From the NCBI GenBank assembly GCA_047601445.1, contig JASGJH010000001.1:3040001-3104000 (forward strand): 64,000 nucleotides of DNA, given 5' to 3'. The stretch is from Myxococcales bacterium (GTDB lineage Bacteria > Myxococcota_A > Polyangia > Polyangiales > DASUME01). The first letter of the stretch is position 1, and each line of letters begins with the position of its first letter. A program made the position numbers and the translations under genes. Positions 30,355 through 40,523 of the stretch are shown here, piece after piece. Below the pieces are notes generated by a model. It was not told the origin of the DNA. It saw only the letters and a list, made by a program, of their open reading frames with translations, and ran no database searches.

Positions 30355-32799
30355 CTAGAATGCGACCTGACTCGGCTTTTCTCCAGGCAACGTGACCGCC
30401 ATCAGGTCCATTTTCTGCCCGCGCAGCGCCTTGTAGCGCGCGTAATACCCGAGCACGCGCCGCACGTAGCGCTTGGTCTCGGCGAACGGGATGCGTTCGA
30501 GGAAGGCGTCGAGCGGCACGTGCGAACCGTACTCGCGGATCCAGCGCCGGACGTTGTGGGGCCCACCGTTGTAGCTGGCGATGGCGAGCGGCAGCCGGCC
30601 GTCCATGCGCTCCAGCAGCGAGCTCAAGTACCAGGCGGAGAACTCGAGGTTCGTGTGGGGATCGAGCAGATCCGTGGTGGTGGCTTCGTACTGTCCGAGC
30701 TTGTCGGCGATGAGGCGCCCGGTGCGGGGCATGATCTGCATCAAGCCGATGGCGCCCGCGTGAGAGATGATGCGGCGCTGATACACGCTCTCGACGCGCA
30801 TCACCGCGAACAGCAAGTCCGGATCGAGCCCGTACTTGCGCGCCACCTTGGCCACCGTGTTGGCGTAGGGCTCGGGATGAGTCTCGGCCCAACCAGGACC
30901 GCCGAACAGACCCGCCGTGCCCCAGTCGCCCATGCTGCTCGCCACCTTGGCGAGACTGTTGCGGGTGGCCATGTCGAGGCCCAAGCGCTGTCGCCGCACC
31001 TGGGGATCGACCGTGGGCAGCACCACGCCGGTGCCCCGATACACGGCCTCGCGGCCGGCGCGGAAGGCACCACGGCGCGCCACGAAGCGGAAGGCGAGAT
31101 AGGTCTCGTGGAGCTCGTCGCTGGCAGCCTCGACCTCACCTAGCTTCAGCAGATCGAGCGCGCGTCCGAGCCAAGGATAAGCCTCACCGTGGCTGGCCAC
31201 GATGGGCGTGAGCCCCGCGATGGCCGCGGGCACGTCGATGCCGGCCTGGGTCTCGAGGCTGGCGAGCACGCTCTCGATGCGCTGCTCGTTGCACTCGGCG
31301 CGACGTCCGGGCGCCGCGCAGGCGCGCTCGGTGCCGGCGTTCAGCACGCGCAGGCGCTGCTCGGCCCAGTTGGCGTAGAAGCGCATGGCGTTGGTGTCGG
31401 CGAGCTGAACCTGGGCCAGCTCCTGCTTGGCTTCGTCCAGCTTGCCCATGCGCTCGAGGGCGCGGGCGCGGTGATAGCGGGAGGCCGCGCCGAGGCTCGG
31501 GTGGTTCACCAGGGTGTCCGCCAGGGCCACGAGCTCGCTGTCGCTGGCCGTGCCCGCAGCCACGGTGAGGGCGTTGAAGCGCACCTCGGCGGGGGCCACT
31601 GCGGCCTTCTTGGTGAGCTCGGCCAGCAGCTCGTCGGCCACATCCGTCAAACGCATCTCGCAGCTGGGATAGAGCCACTGCAAGTAGAAGGCAGGGCGCT
31701 GCTTGGAGAGCTTCTTCTTGTCGATGAGCTGCAAGCGGATCTTGCGCTCCATGGCATCGCGCTCCGGGTTGACCGCGCTGGCCGAGAGCGCGCTCACGAA
31801 GGTGCGCTCGCTGGATACGGTCATGCGCCCGTCGAGCGACGCCATGTCGTTCACCAGGCCGTCGCGCTGGGCGAGCAGCGTCTTGGGCATGGGGCGGACG
31901 GCGATTTCGGCCACGGCCTCGCGCGCGAGCTCGATGGGGCCTGACTTGAGCAGGCGCTCCGTGCGAGCCAACGCTTCCTGGTCGCTGAAAGGGGCCACCA
32001 CCACGCCGCTCGTGGCGAGCTCGGCCAGGCGCTCACGCGCCTTTCGGGCCACCGGATAGCCGGGCATGGTGAGGTCGAGCATGCGGTAGGTGGCCGCGGC
32101 GGTGCGCACTTGCCCCGAGGCCTCTCGGAAGAGCGCGTGCTCGAGCGTGAGGTTGGGCGCCTCCGGCAGCTCCGGATAGCGACGCACCAGGCTCTGCAGC
32201 TCGGTCTCGGCGTGAGGGTCGTGGGACAGCAGCAGGTTGTGGACGAGGCCGACCTGGGCGCGCGCCTCGAGGTCGTTGTTTTCCCCGAGCCGCAGGGCAT
32301 CGCGATAGGCCGCCGCGGCGCGCGTCGGATCCCCCTGGCGCTCGTGGAGCTCCGCCCGCATCACGGCCACGTAGTCCGCGATACGCGGCATGGTGGCCTC
32401 GACGACCCGCAAGTTGAGCAAGGCGTCTTCATAGAGGCCGCGGGCCTCGAGCTCGCGCGCCCGCGCCAGCGCCCGGGAAGCCACGAGCGGAGCATCCTCG
32501 GCGCTCTCACGGCCCGACATGGGTGCGCAGGCGTCGAAGTTGGGGCTGGGCAGCACGTGCAGACGGGGCAGCTCGCAGAAGCCGAAGTTGCCGAAGTTGT
32601 CGTCGGAGGAGCTCGAGCTGTAGCCCGCGCCGTCCAGCATCACCTCGGGCAGCGCGCAGAGCGGCTCCCCGGACCAGGCCCGACCGGCCGCCGGCAGCAG
32701 CGTCAGCGCCGAAAGCAGAAGCGCTCCCTGTCGAAGAAGCCTGCGGTTCCGCGGGCGAGCGTGATTACGACGCAACGTGCAGCTCCCGTCCTTCCTCAT
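30355..32799 (-). CDS. Soluble lytic transglycosylase (Slt70-like, TPR-like helical N-terminus)
   Basis: AVMRVES, SHAGAIGLMQIMP, ASYNGGP, ETKRYV; signal peptide; start uncertain. Confidence 0.93.
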   Translation of the reverse strand: MRKDGSCTLRRNHARPRNRRLLRQGALLLSALTLLPAAGRAWSGEPLCALPEVMLDGAGYSSSSSDDNFGNFGFCELPRLHVLPSPNFDACAPMSGRESAEDAPLVASRALARARELEARGLYEDALLNLRVVEATMPRIADYVAVMRAELHERQGDPTRAAAAYRDALRLGENNDLEARAQVGLVHNLLLSHDPHAETELQSLVRRYPELPEAPNLTLEHALFREASGQVRTAAATYRMLDLTMPGYPVARKARERLAELATSGVVVAPFSDQEALARTERLLKSGPIELAREAVAEIAVRPMPKTLLAQRDGLVNDMASLDGRMTVSSERTFVSALSASAVNPERDAMERKIRLQLIDKKKLSKQRPAFYLQWLYPSCEMRLTDVADELLAELTKKAAVAPAEVRFNALTVAAGTASDSELVALADTLVNHPSLGAASRYHRARALERMGKLDEAKQELAQVQLADTNAMRFYANWAEQRLRVLNAGTERACAAPGRRAECNEQRIESVLASLETQAGIDVPAAIAGLTPIVASHGEAYPWLGRALDLLKLGEVEAASDELHETYLAFRFVARRGAFRAGREAVYRGTGVVLPTVDPQVRRQRLGLDMATRNSLAKVASSMGDWGTAGLFGGPGWAETHPEPYANTVAKVARKYGLDPDLLFAVMRVESVYQRRIISHAGAIGLMQIMPRTGRLIADKLGQYEATTTDLLDPHTNLEFSAWYLSSLLERMDGRLPLAIASYNGGPHNVRRWIREYGSHVPLDAFLERIPFAETKRYVRRVLGYYARYKALRGQKMDLMAVTLPGEKPSQVAF

Positions 32800-32950
32800 C
32801 CTGAGCAGAACTGAGCGCGATCGCAAAAAAATCCCGCGTCACCCGGCGCATTCCACGCGGGTACGTGTTCGGAGGGGGGAACACCACATGTGGCCGTTCG
32901 GAGAAGAAACCCGGCGCGCCGTTCCATGTCGGCCAGCGCGACCGCCCGGT

Positions 32951-33922
32951 TCAGCCCGAAATGCCCAGGTTCTTGCGCAAGCGCGGAAGCGGAGCCTCCG
33001 TGTTGGGCACGAACGCTTCGCCACGAATGGTCTCGCACGCCTGGATGTAACGCAACGCAGCTTCCACGCGCACCTCGTCCGGGATCGTGGGCACCGGGCC
33101 GTCGCCCTTGTAGCCCTGCGAACCGAGGTAGCGGCGCACGTAGTCCTTGTCGAAGCTCTTCGGATCCTGGCCGGCCTCGAAGGCGGCCTGGTACGTGTCC
33201 GCCAGCCAGAAGCGCGAGGAGTCGGCCGTGTGGATCTCGTCGATCACCACGATCTCGCCGCTCTTGGTGCGACCGAATTCGTACTTGGTGTCGACCAGGA
33301 TGAGTCCGCGCTTCCGGCACACTTCCTGGCCGTGCTTGAAGAGCGCCATGGCGTACTCGGCGGCGGCATCGAAATCACGGGCCGTCACCGCACCCATGGC
33401 GATGATCTCATCGCGCGACACGCTGACGTCGTGATCACCGTGTTCGGCCTTGGTGCTAGGGGTGAGAATCGCCTCGGGCAGCTTCTCGTGCTTGCGCAGC
33501 CCGTCGGGCAAACGGTGTCCGCAGAACACCCGCGTCCCCTTCTCGTAGTGGGTCCAAATGCTGGTGGAGGTGTTGCCGGTGACGTAGGAGCGCACGATCA
33601 TCTCGACCTTGAGCGGCTCGCACTCGACCCCGATCATCACGTTCGGATCTGGCACCGAGACCACATGATTCGGCGCGATGCCCTTGGTCTCCTCGAACCA
33701 CCAGGCCGCCAAGGAGTTGAGCACCTGTCCCTTGTAAGGGAGCGTACCGAGCACCCGGTCGAAAGCGCTGATGCGGTCGGTGACCACCAGGATGCGCTTG
33801 CCGTCGGTTGTGGAGTAGTTGTCGCGGACCTTGCCCTCGTAGCGCGATCCGAGTCCGGGGAAGTTGGTGCCGTCCAGGGTCTTTTGGAGGCCGTCGAAGA
33901 GTACCTGCTGGCTCACGGTCAT
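32951..33922 (-). CDS. purC: SAICAR synthase
   Basis: YEGKVRDNY, TDRISAFD, TPSTKAE.GDHD, LVDTKYEFG, DEIHTADSSRFW, FDKDYVR. Confidence 0.97.
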   Translation of the reverse strand: MTVSQQVLFDGLQKTLDGTNFPGLGSRYEGKVRDNYSTTDGKRILVVTDRISAFDRVLGTLPYKGQVLNSLAAWWFEETKGIAPNHVVSVPDPNVMIGVECEPLKVEMIVRSYVTGNTSTSIWTHYEKGTRVFCGHRLPDGLRKHEKLPEAILTPSTKAEHGDHDVSVSRDEIIAMGAVTARDFDAAAEYAMALFKHGQEVCRKRGLILVDTKYEFGRTKSGEIVVIDEIHTADSSRFWLADTYQAAFEAGQDPKSFDKDYVRRYLGSQGYKGDGPVPTIPDEVRVEAALRYIQACETIRGEAFVPNTEAPLPRLRKNLGISG

Positions 33923-33959
33923 GGCGGTCTTTGCCTTTCGCTATCGAAAGCGGCTGAAA

Positions 33960-35261
33960 TCAATAACTCGAAAGCGCCCGATCGATGATCGTGTCGGCGT
34001 GCTTGAGGGCGTGGTTGAGGTCGAACTGGGCGTCGATCTCCGCTTCGCTCAGGCGCGCCCGAATGTCGGCGTCAGCCTTGAGGAAAGCCCGGAAATCTCC
34101 CTCGCCCCGGAAGGCCTTCATGGCGTTGCGCTGGACCAGCACGTAGCCGTCCTGGCGCCCCATCCCGGTCTGCACGAGCGAGAGCAGGATGCCCTCGCTG
34201 GCCCACAAGCCGCCCGTGCGCTCCAGGTTCTGGCGCAGGCGCTCGGGATACACGACCAGCTTTTCGATCACCCCGCGCGTGCGGTCGAGCATGAAAGCCA
34301 GGGTGGCGCTGGCGTCGGGCAGCAGCATGCGCTCGACGGATGAATGGGAGATGTCGCGCTCGTGCCAGAGGGCGACGTTCTCCAGCATGGGGACCACGGC
34401 CGAACGCACCACGCGCGCGAGACCACACAGGTTCTCGGTGAGCACCGGGTTGCGCTTGTGGGGCATGGCGCTCGAGCCCTTCTGGCCCGGGTTGAAGAAT
34501 TCCTCGGCCTCGCCGACCTCGGTGCGCTGCCAGTGGCGGACGTTGGTGGCGAAGCGCTCGATGGCGGCGGCCATGCTGGCCATGGCCGAGGCGAAGACGG
34601 CGTGGCGATCGCGGGCGACCACCTGGGTGCTCACGGGCTCGGCGCGCAAGCCCAGCTGAGTGAGCGCCTCGAGCTCGATCTGGGGGGTTAGATGGGCGTA
34701 GGTGCCGACTGCGCCGGCAATCTTGCCCACTGCGACTTCTTCACGGGCGGCGGCGAGACGCGCGCGTGCCCGGGCGATTTCGGAGAAGTGCCCCGCCAGG
34801 GCGACGCCGAAGGTGGTCGGCTCGGCGTGGATGCCATGGGAGCGGCCCATCAGCGGAGTCTTGCGGTGCTCCTCGATGCGCACTCGGAACGCCGCCAGCA
34901 GCTTGTCGCTGCGCTCCACGAGGGAGTCGGCGGCGTCGCGCATGAGAATCGCGAGCGAGCTATCCAGCACGTCCGAGGAGGTCATCCCGCGGTGGAGCCA
35001 GCGCGCGGGGGCGCCCGCGAGCTCTTCCACGTGGGTCAGGAACGCGATCACGTCGTGGCGAGTGACCGCCTCGATCTCGTCGATGCGCGCCGGAATCAAC
35101 TTGGCTTTCGCGGGCCTGACTTCTTGCGCGGTGCCCACGGGTACGATGCCCGCACGCTCCATCGCTTCACAAGCAGCGAGCTCGACCTCGAACCAGGTCT
35201 CGAACTTGCGCTTTTCGGACCAGAGCTCAGCGAAATCTTTCGGCGTGTAGCGCGGGATCAT
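33960..35261 (-). CDS. purB: Adenylosuccinate lyase
   Basis: [62 protein letters not shown]. Confidence 0.98.
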   Translation of the reverse strand: MIPRYTPKDFAELWSEKRKFETWFEVELAACEAMERAGIVPVGTAQEVRPAKAKLIPARIDEIEAVTRHDVIAFLTHVEELAGAPARWLHRGMTSSDVLDSSLAILMRDAADSLVERSDKLLAAFRVRIEEHRKTPLMGRSHGIHAEPTTFGVALAGHFSEIARARARLAAAREEVAVGKIAGAVGTYAHLTPQIELEALTQLGLRAEPVSTQVVARDRHAVFASAMASMAAAIERFATNVRHWQRTEVGEAEEFFNPGQKGSSAMPHKRNPVLTENLCGLARVVRSAVVPMLENVALWHERDISHSSVERMLLPDASATLAFMLDRTRGVIEKLVVYPERLRQNLERTGGLWASEGILLSLVQTGMGRQDGYVLVQRNAMKAFRGEGDFRAFLKADADIRARLSEAEIDAQFDLNHALKHADTIIDRALSSY

Positions 35262-35480
35262 GAGGAGGCCGAAACTAGCACCAGGCCTCGAAGATGCCAC
35301 GGAGGGCGCCGCTCCGAATTCGGGGCAAGCGCACGATTCCGCGCGCGGCTCGCACGGCCCCATGCAGATCGCCGGCAGATCGCCCTGATGGGTGCGGGAC
35401 AGCAGTTGACGCTGCGCCGAGCGGACACTACCCCTGAAGCTGTGAAGGGGCCATCGGTCGGAGCGAGTGTGGGCGTGAGC

Positions 35481-36089
35481 ATGCCTCTGATTCGAGAGCG
35501 GCTCGCACAACACGAACCCCGCGCAGGGGCCGACCGGCTCTGGCTCGCCGCCGGGGGCAGCGAAGATCCCCAGGCCTTGCCGGGCAAGCGCGCCGCGGTG
35601 GCCACCATCTTGCGCGAAGGCGGCGAAGGGCCCGAAGTGCTGCTGATCCGCCGGGCCGAGCACCCGCAGGATCCTTGGTCGGGCCACATGGCTTTTCCGG
35701 GGGGGCGCGAGTCTCCCGCCGATGCCGATCTGCTCGCCACGGCCGTCCGCGAAACCCAGGAGGAGCTCGGCCTCGACCTGGGGCAAGCGGCTCGCCTGTT
35801 GGGTCGCCTCGACGCGCTGCCGGCGGTGGCCCGCGGACGCCGCGTTGGGCTCACCATTGCTCCATTCGTGTTCGAGCTCACGGCCGAGGTCACGCTGACT
35901 CCGAATCACGAGGTCGCAGAGTGGCTGTGGGCGCCGATCACGCCGCTGCTGTCGGGCGCTCTCGCCACCACGATGCCCTATGAGTTCGAGGGACAGCGCA
36001 TCTCGCTGCCGGCCCATGACGTGCAGGGTCGCCTCGTCTGGGGCCTCACCTACCGCATGCTCGAAACGCTGTTCGCGCAGCTGCGTTGA
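35481..36089 (+). CDS. Nudix hydrolase, CoA pyrophosphatase (NudL-like)
   Basis: [16 protein letters not shown], Nudix box [16 protein letters not shown]. Confidence 0.9.
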   Translation: MPLIRERLAQHEPRAGADRLWLAAGGSEDPQALPGKRAAVATILREGGEGPEVLLIRRAEHPQDPWSGHMAFPGGRESPADADLLATAVRETQEELGLDLGQAARLLGRLDALPAVARGRRVGLTIAPFVFELTAEVTLTPNHEVAEWLWAPITPLLSGALATTMPYEFEGQRISLPAHDVQGRLVWGLTYRMLETLFAQLR

Positions 36090-36841
36090 TCGTGCCGCGC
36101 AAGCGCCTGCGAATGCTGCTCGGCTTGCTCGGTTGGCTCGCGCTGTCGGGCTGCAACTACCTGCGCGTCACGCGCGAGCCCATGGAGAAGACGATCTTCG
36201 TGGGGCGCGGTCCGGACAAAGCGCGCGGGGCCATCGTTCTCCTGCCGGGTTTCGGAGATCGGCCGGAGACCTTCCAAGAACAGGGCTTCGTACGCGGGCT
36301 CGTGCAGGTTGCCCCCGACTACGACGTGGTCGGAGCGGACGCCCATTTCGGCTACTACCGCAACCGCAACTTGCTCGCGCGTCTACAGAAGGACGTGATC
36401 GGCCCACTGGTGGCGCAGGGCTATCGCGAGCTGTGGCTGATCGGAGCGTCGATGGGTGGGCACGGCGCCGTAGCGTACGCCCGAGCGCATCCGGAAAAGA
36501 TCGCGGGCGTGATGTTGTTCGCGCCGTACATGGGTCCAGGCGAGGTCGTGGACGAGGTGAAGCGAGCCGGCGGGCTGTGCCAGTATCAGGTGCCTCCCTA
36601 CCAGGACACGCGCGAAGGCTTTGCCCGCGCGAACTTCGGCTGGCTCAAGCAGGCCGCTTGCAGCAGCGGCTCGCCCCAGATCTGGCTCGCAGTGGGCGAT
36701 CAAGATGGCTTGCTGGCCGCTGACCGCGTGCTCGCCGATGTCTTGCCGCGCGAGCGCGTGCTCATTCTGCCTGGAAAACACGGCTGGAAAGTCTGGACGC
36801 CCGCCGTGCGTCAGCTCGCAGCACGGGCGTTTGACAAGTGA
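36086..36841 (+). CDS. Alpha/beta hydrolase lipoprotein
   Basis: Lipobox LSGC, LLPGFGD, nucleophile GASMGG, HGW; overlaps the Nudix stop by 4 bp. Confidence 0.88.
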   Translation: MIVPRKRLRMLLGLLGWLALSGCNYLRVTREPMEKTIFVGRGPDKARGAIVLLPGFGDRPETFQEQGFVRGLVQVAPDYDVVGADAHFGYYRNRNLLARLQKDVIGPLVAQGYRELWLIGASMGGHGAVAYARAHPEKIAGVMLFAPYMGPGEVVDEVKRAGGLCQYQVPPYQDTREGFARANFGWLKQAACSSGSPQIWLAVGDQDGLLAADRVLADVLPRERVLILPGKHGWKVWTPAVRQLAARAFDK

Positions 36842-36860
36842 ACAGGTTCGCCGTGCCGAT

Positions 36861-36889
36861 TTGACAGGCGCGAGCCGTCGCACTAAGCG
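36861..36889 (+). promoter_or_regulatory. Candidate sigma70-type promoter of guaB (leaderless)
   Basis: TTGACA (36861-36866), 17-bp spacer, TAAGCG (36884-36889), ATG 5 nt later, no SD. Confidence 0.55.
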
Positions 36890-36894
36890 ACGCC

Positions 36895-38448
36895 ATGGCC
36901 TTCATTTATGATGAGCCGAGCAGGACCTTCGGCGAATACCTGCTCGTTCCCAATCTGACGACCAAGCAGTGCATACCTGCCAACGTCGACCTCAAAGCCC
37001 CTGTCGTGCGCTTCAAGGCGGATCCCAACGATCCCGACTTCGATCCGCGTAAGTCCCCGCTCACCATCAACGTGCCCATCACGAGCGCCCTGATGCAATC
37101 GGTGTCCGGCGCCGACCTGGCCATCGCGCTGGCGCGCTGCGGCGGGTTGTCGTTCGTCTTCGGCTCGCAAGCCATCGAAGACGAGGCGGCCATGGTGCGC
37201 CGCGTGAAGAACTACAAGGCCGGCTTCGTGGTGAGCGACTCGAACCTGCGCCCCGAGGCCACCCTGGCCGACGTACTGGTGCTCACCGAGCGCTCCGGCC
37301 ACTCCACCGTGGCCATCACCGAAGACGGCAGCCCGAGCGGCAAGTTCCTCGGCATCATCACGAGCCGCGATTACCGCGCCCACAAGACCCCGCTCACCAC
37401 GCCGGTGCGCGAGATCATGACGCCGTTCAAGTCCATCCAATCGGCGCGCGTCGGCATCGTGCTCGAAGAGGCCAACGAGCTCATCTGGAAGCACAAGCTC
37501 AACTGCCTGCCGGTGATCGACGAGCGTCAGCACCTGCAGTACCTGGTGTTCCGCAAGGACTACGAGTCCCACCAGGAGCATCCGCTCGAGAACGTCGACA
37601 AGGCCAAGCGCTTGATCGTCGGTGCGGGCATCAACTCGCGCGACTACCGCGAGCGCGTGCCGGCTCTGATCGAGGCGGGTGCCGACGTGCTCTGTATCGA
37701 CTCCTCCGACGGCTATTCGGAGTGGCAGCGCGACACCATCGAGTACGTGCGCAAGGAGCACCCGAACAGCTTCATCGGCGCGGGCAACGTGGTGGACCGC
37801 GAGGGCTTCTTGTACCTGGCCGAGGCCGGCGCGGACTTCGTGAAGGTCGGCATCGGCGGCGGCTCCATCTGCATCACGCGCGAGCAGAAGGGCATCGGTC
37901 GCGGTCAGGCTTCGGCGGTGATCGAAGTGGCCAAGGCGCGCGACGAGTACTTCCAGAAGACCGGCATCTATGTGCCGATCTGCTCCGACGGCGGCATCAG
38001 CCAGGACTACCACATCACCTTGGCGCTCGCGATGGGCGCCGATTTCATGATGATGGGCCGCTACTTCGCCCGGTTCGACGAGGCCCCTGGACGCAAGGTT
38101 CGCCTGAACAACCAGTTCATGAAGGAGTACTGGGGCGAGGGCAGCAACCGCGCGCGCAACTGGCAGCGCTACGACCACGGCGGCGAGAAGACCGACAAGA
38201 AGAAGAAGGACCAGATGGAGTTCGAGGAGGGCGTCGACAGCTACGTGCCGTACGCGGGCAAGCTGAAGGACAACCTCGACACCACCTTGGCCAAGGTGCG
38301 CTCCACCATGTGCAACTGCGGCTCGCTGAGCTTGCGCGAACTCTACAAGCGCTCACGCGTCACGGTGGCGAGCGCAGTGAGCATTCACGAGGGTGGTGTG
38401 CACGACGTGATGCTCAAGGACTCGCGCAGCAATCCCACCGAGGCTTGA
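36895..38448 (+). CDS. guaB: IMP dehydrogenase with CBS pair
   Basis: [57 protein letters not shown]. Confidence 0.96.
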   Translation: MAFIYDEPSRTFGEYLLVPNLTTKQCIPANVDLKAPVVRFKADPNDPDFDPRKSPLTINVPITSALMQSVSGADLAIALARCGGLSFVFGSQAIEDEAAMVRRVKNYKAGFVVSDSNLRPEATLADVLVLTERSGHSTVAITEDGSPSGKFLGIITSRDYRAHKTPLTTPVREIMTPFKSIQSARVGIVLEEANELIWKHKLNCLPVIDERQHLQYLVFRKDYESHQEHPLENVDKAKRLIVGAGINSRDYRERVPALIEAGADVLCIDSSDGYSEWQRDTIEYVRKEHPNSFIGAGNVVDREGFLYLAEAGADFVKVGIGGGSICITREQKGIGRGQASAVIEVAKARDEYFQKTGIYVPICSDGGISQDYHITLALAMGADFMMMGRYFARFDEAPGRKVRLNNQFMKEYWGEGSNRARNWQRYDHGGEKTDKKKKDQMEFEEGVDSYVPYAGKLKDNLDTTLAKVRSTMCNCGSLSLRELYKRSRVTVASAVSIHEGGVHDVMLKDSRSNPTEA

Positions 38449-38456
38449 TGGGGTTC

Positions 38457-38483
38457 GACGGGAGGGCACGCACCCTCCCCGTC
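38457..38483. terminator. Hairpin between convergent guaB and ECF sigma
   Basis: gacgggaggg / ccctccccgtc stem with one bulge; no U-tract. Confidence 0.45.
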
Positions 38484-38485
38484 CA

Positions 38486-39049
38486 CTAGCTCCCGCAGCT
38501 GCAATCCAGACAGCCCCGCGCTGCGCAGGCGCCACAGGTCTCGTGGACCCGCTTGCGCAGGGCTTCGCGTGCCCGGTGAGTTCGCACTGCGGCGTTGTTG
38601 GGTGTGATGCCGACCTGAGCGGCGAACTCGCTCACGCTCTCGCCGCCGAGGTCCACGCGCCGCACGGCTTCGGCGTATTCGGGTTTCAGGCCCTGCGCCA
38701 GCTGGCCCACGCATTGACACACGGCCTGGCGGGTCTCGCTGGGCCCCTCACCTTCCAGGGCCAACTCGTCGGCCAGGGCGCGCAGCTTGCGCTCCTCCGA
38801 GGAACGCCGACGCGCGTGGTCGATCACCGAATTGCGCAGCACCCGGTAGAACCAGGCCAGCGCTGTCTCTTCACTGCGCACGCCCGAGACCTTGTCCAGG
38901 CTGCGCTCGAAGGCGTCCTGCAGGATCTCCTGGGCGAGCGCGCGGTCGCCGGTTCTACGCTCCAGGAAGTCCAGGAATTTTCGGTAGTTGGCAGTTAGCT
39001 CCGCCAGGGTCTCTGCGCCTTCTCGGGGGCGCTCGGTAAGCTCGCTCAT
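38486..39049 (-). CDS. ECF sigma factor, CorE-like (CxC motif and C-terminal Cys-rich domain)
   Basis: sigma2 AQEILQDAF...AWFYRVLRNSVIDH; linker VCQCV; sigma4 NAAVRTHRAREALRK; tail CGACAARGCLDCSC. Confidence 0.9.
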   Translation of the reverse strand: MSELTERPREGAETLAELTANYRKFLDFLERRTGDRALAQEILQDAFERSLDKVSGVRSEETALAWFYRVLRNSVIDHARRRSSEERKLRALADELALEGEGPSETRQAVCQCVGQLAQGLKPEYAEAVRRVDLGGESVSEFAAQVGITPNNAAVRTHRAREALRKRVHETCGACAARGCLDCSCGS

Positions 39050-40254
39050 GGATTCTGCTCCGCCGTCGTCTCGTCCGAGCGCCCTGCGGCGCCCTTCCTT
39101 GGGGAAGACGCAGCAGGCGGGCCGGTCATTACAGTGATGGCCGCCGGCCCGCGGGTCGGGCCGAAGAACTGCTCACGGTACGAGCGCTCGTAGAGGTCGA
39201 TGACGGTCAGGAAGAAGGCGGCGATCAGGGGCCCATAGAGCAACCCGACCAACCCGAACGAGGCGATGCCTCCGAGCACGGCGAAGAAGATCAGCATGCT
39301 GTGCATCTGCATGCGACTACCCATCAAGCGCGGCTTCACCAGGTTCTCGATCAACACGCTCTCGACCAGGCAGAACACGAAGAAGCCGATGGCCAGGGGC
39401 ACGCGGCCCTTCATCAGCAGGTACAGCGTGGCCGGCAAGGACACCGCGTGGATGCCCAGGAGCGGCAAGAAGGCGAACACCGTCATCACGGCGCCCCAAA
39501 ACAGTGGCGAAGGCAACCCCACCGTCAACATCGCGAGCGCACCCAGCCCCCCCTGCAGCACGCTGCCCACGCCGTTGCCCAGCAAGATGGCGCCGCCCAC
39601 GTTGCGGAACGTGCGCACGATGCGCTCTTCCTCGGTGTCGGGCAGGGGCGAGAGGTCGAACACGCGGCGCTTGATGGCGGGGCCGTCGACCAGCCCGAAG
39701 AACACCACCACCAACATCAAAGCGAAGTGGTAGAGCGCCGAAAACACGTTGGCGACCACGCCGTTGAGTTGTTCGCTCAAGAAGCCCGCCACCGCTCCGG
39801 CCGCGGCGGCGCTGGACTTGCGAAACGCCTCGGGCGTGTATTCGAGGCCGACCAGGTTGCCGAACTGCTGGGCGTGGCGCCCTACCCAACCCTCCCCGCG
39901 CAGCGCCTCCTGCACGGTTGGATCGCCGAGCGACGCGCTGACCGCCTCGTAGGCGTGGGCCGCCTGTCGCGACAGGCTCGTCACCAACCACAGCGTGGGC
40001 AGCGCAATCACCACCGCGACCGCCACCGTCACCACCGCTCCCGCCAGCGCCTGGTTGCCCGATAGGCGCCGGACCAGGCGGAGGTAGTAGGTGCGACAGC
40101 CACCCGCGATCAGGAAGCCCAGCACCATGTCCGTGACGAAGTCCCACAGCAGATAGCCGAACCAGTACAGGGCGAACAGCAGCACCACGGCGAAGAACGC
40201 GAGCGTGCCGCGGCTGTGGGTCACTTGGACGTCGGGGCGGGCCGGTTCCTCCAT
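39046..40254 (-). CDS. AI-2E family transporter
   Basis: About 8 TM; SPLP, PLFWG, ENLVKPRLMG, FAVLGGIASFGLVGLLYGP. Confidence 0.92.
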   Translation of the reverse strand: MEEPARPDVQVTHSRGTLAFFAVVLLFALYWFGYLLWDFVTDMVLGFLIAGGCRTYYLRLVRRLSGNQALAGAVVTVAVAVVIALPTLWLVTSLSRQAAHAYEAVSASLGDPTVQEALRGEGWVGRHAQQFGNLVGLEYTPEAFRKSSAAAAGAVAGFLSEQLNGVVANVFSALYHFALMLVVVFFGLVDGPAIKRRVFDLSPLPDTEEERIVRTFRNVGGAILLGNGVGSVLQGGLGALAMLTVGLPSPLFWGAVMTVFAFLPLLGIHAVSLPATLYLLMKGRVPLAIGFFVFCLVESVLIENLVKPRLMGSRMQMHSMLIFFAVLGGIASFGLVGLLYGPLIAAFFLTVIDLYERSYREQFFGPTRGPAAITVMTGPPAASSPRKGAAGRSDETTAEQNP

Positions 40255-40492
40255 GGTGCGAGAGCGTATCACCGAGCGGCGTGAATGGGCCGCCGGAACC
40301 CTCGCTTTGACCGAGCGGACCAAGTTCGGGCAGTGGGCCCCGCAGCGCGTCTCGGAGCACACACGAAGTCGCGTCTCGGGGTGGGCGACTACTTGATCCT
40401 GCTGGCGAATTCGGGCGATACCTCGGCTGCTCGCCAGCGCCCCTCGAGGCACGCCCGTGCGCGGCGCGAGCAGACACCGCAGTCCAGCCCGT

Positions 40493-40521
40493 CGAAGCGG
40501 GCGGTCCGCCCACGAGCTCAC
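40493..40521. repeat. Dispersed palindromic element, copy 1
   Basis: cgaagcgggcggtccgcccacgagctcac; matches 58881-58910 with one substitution and one gap. Confidence 0.7.
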
Positions 40522-40523
40522 GC

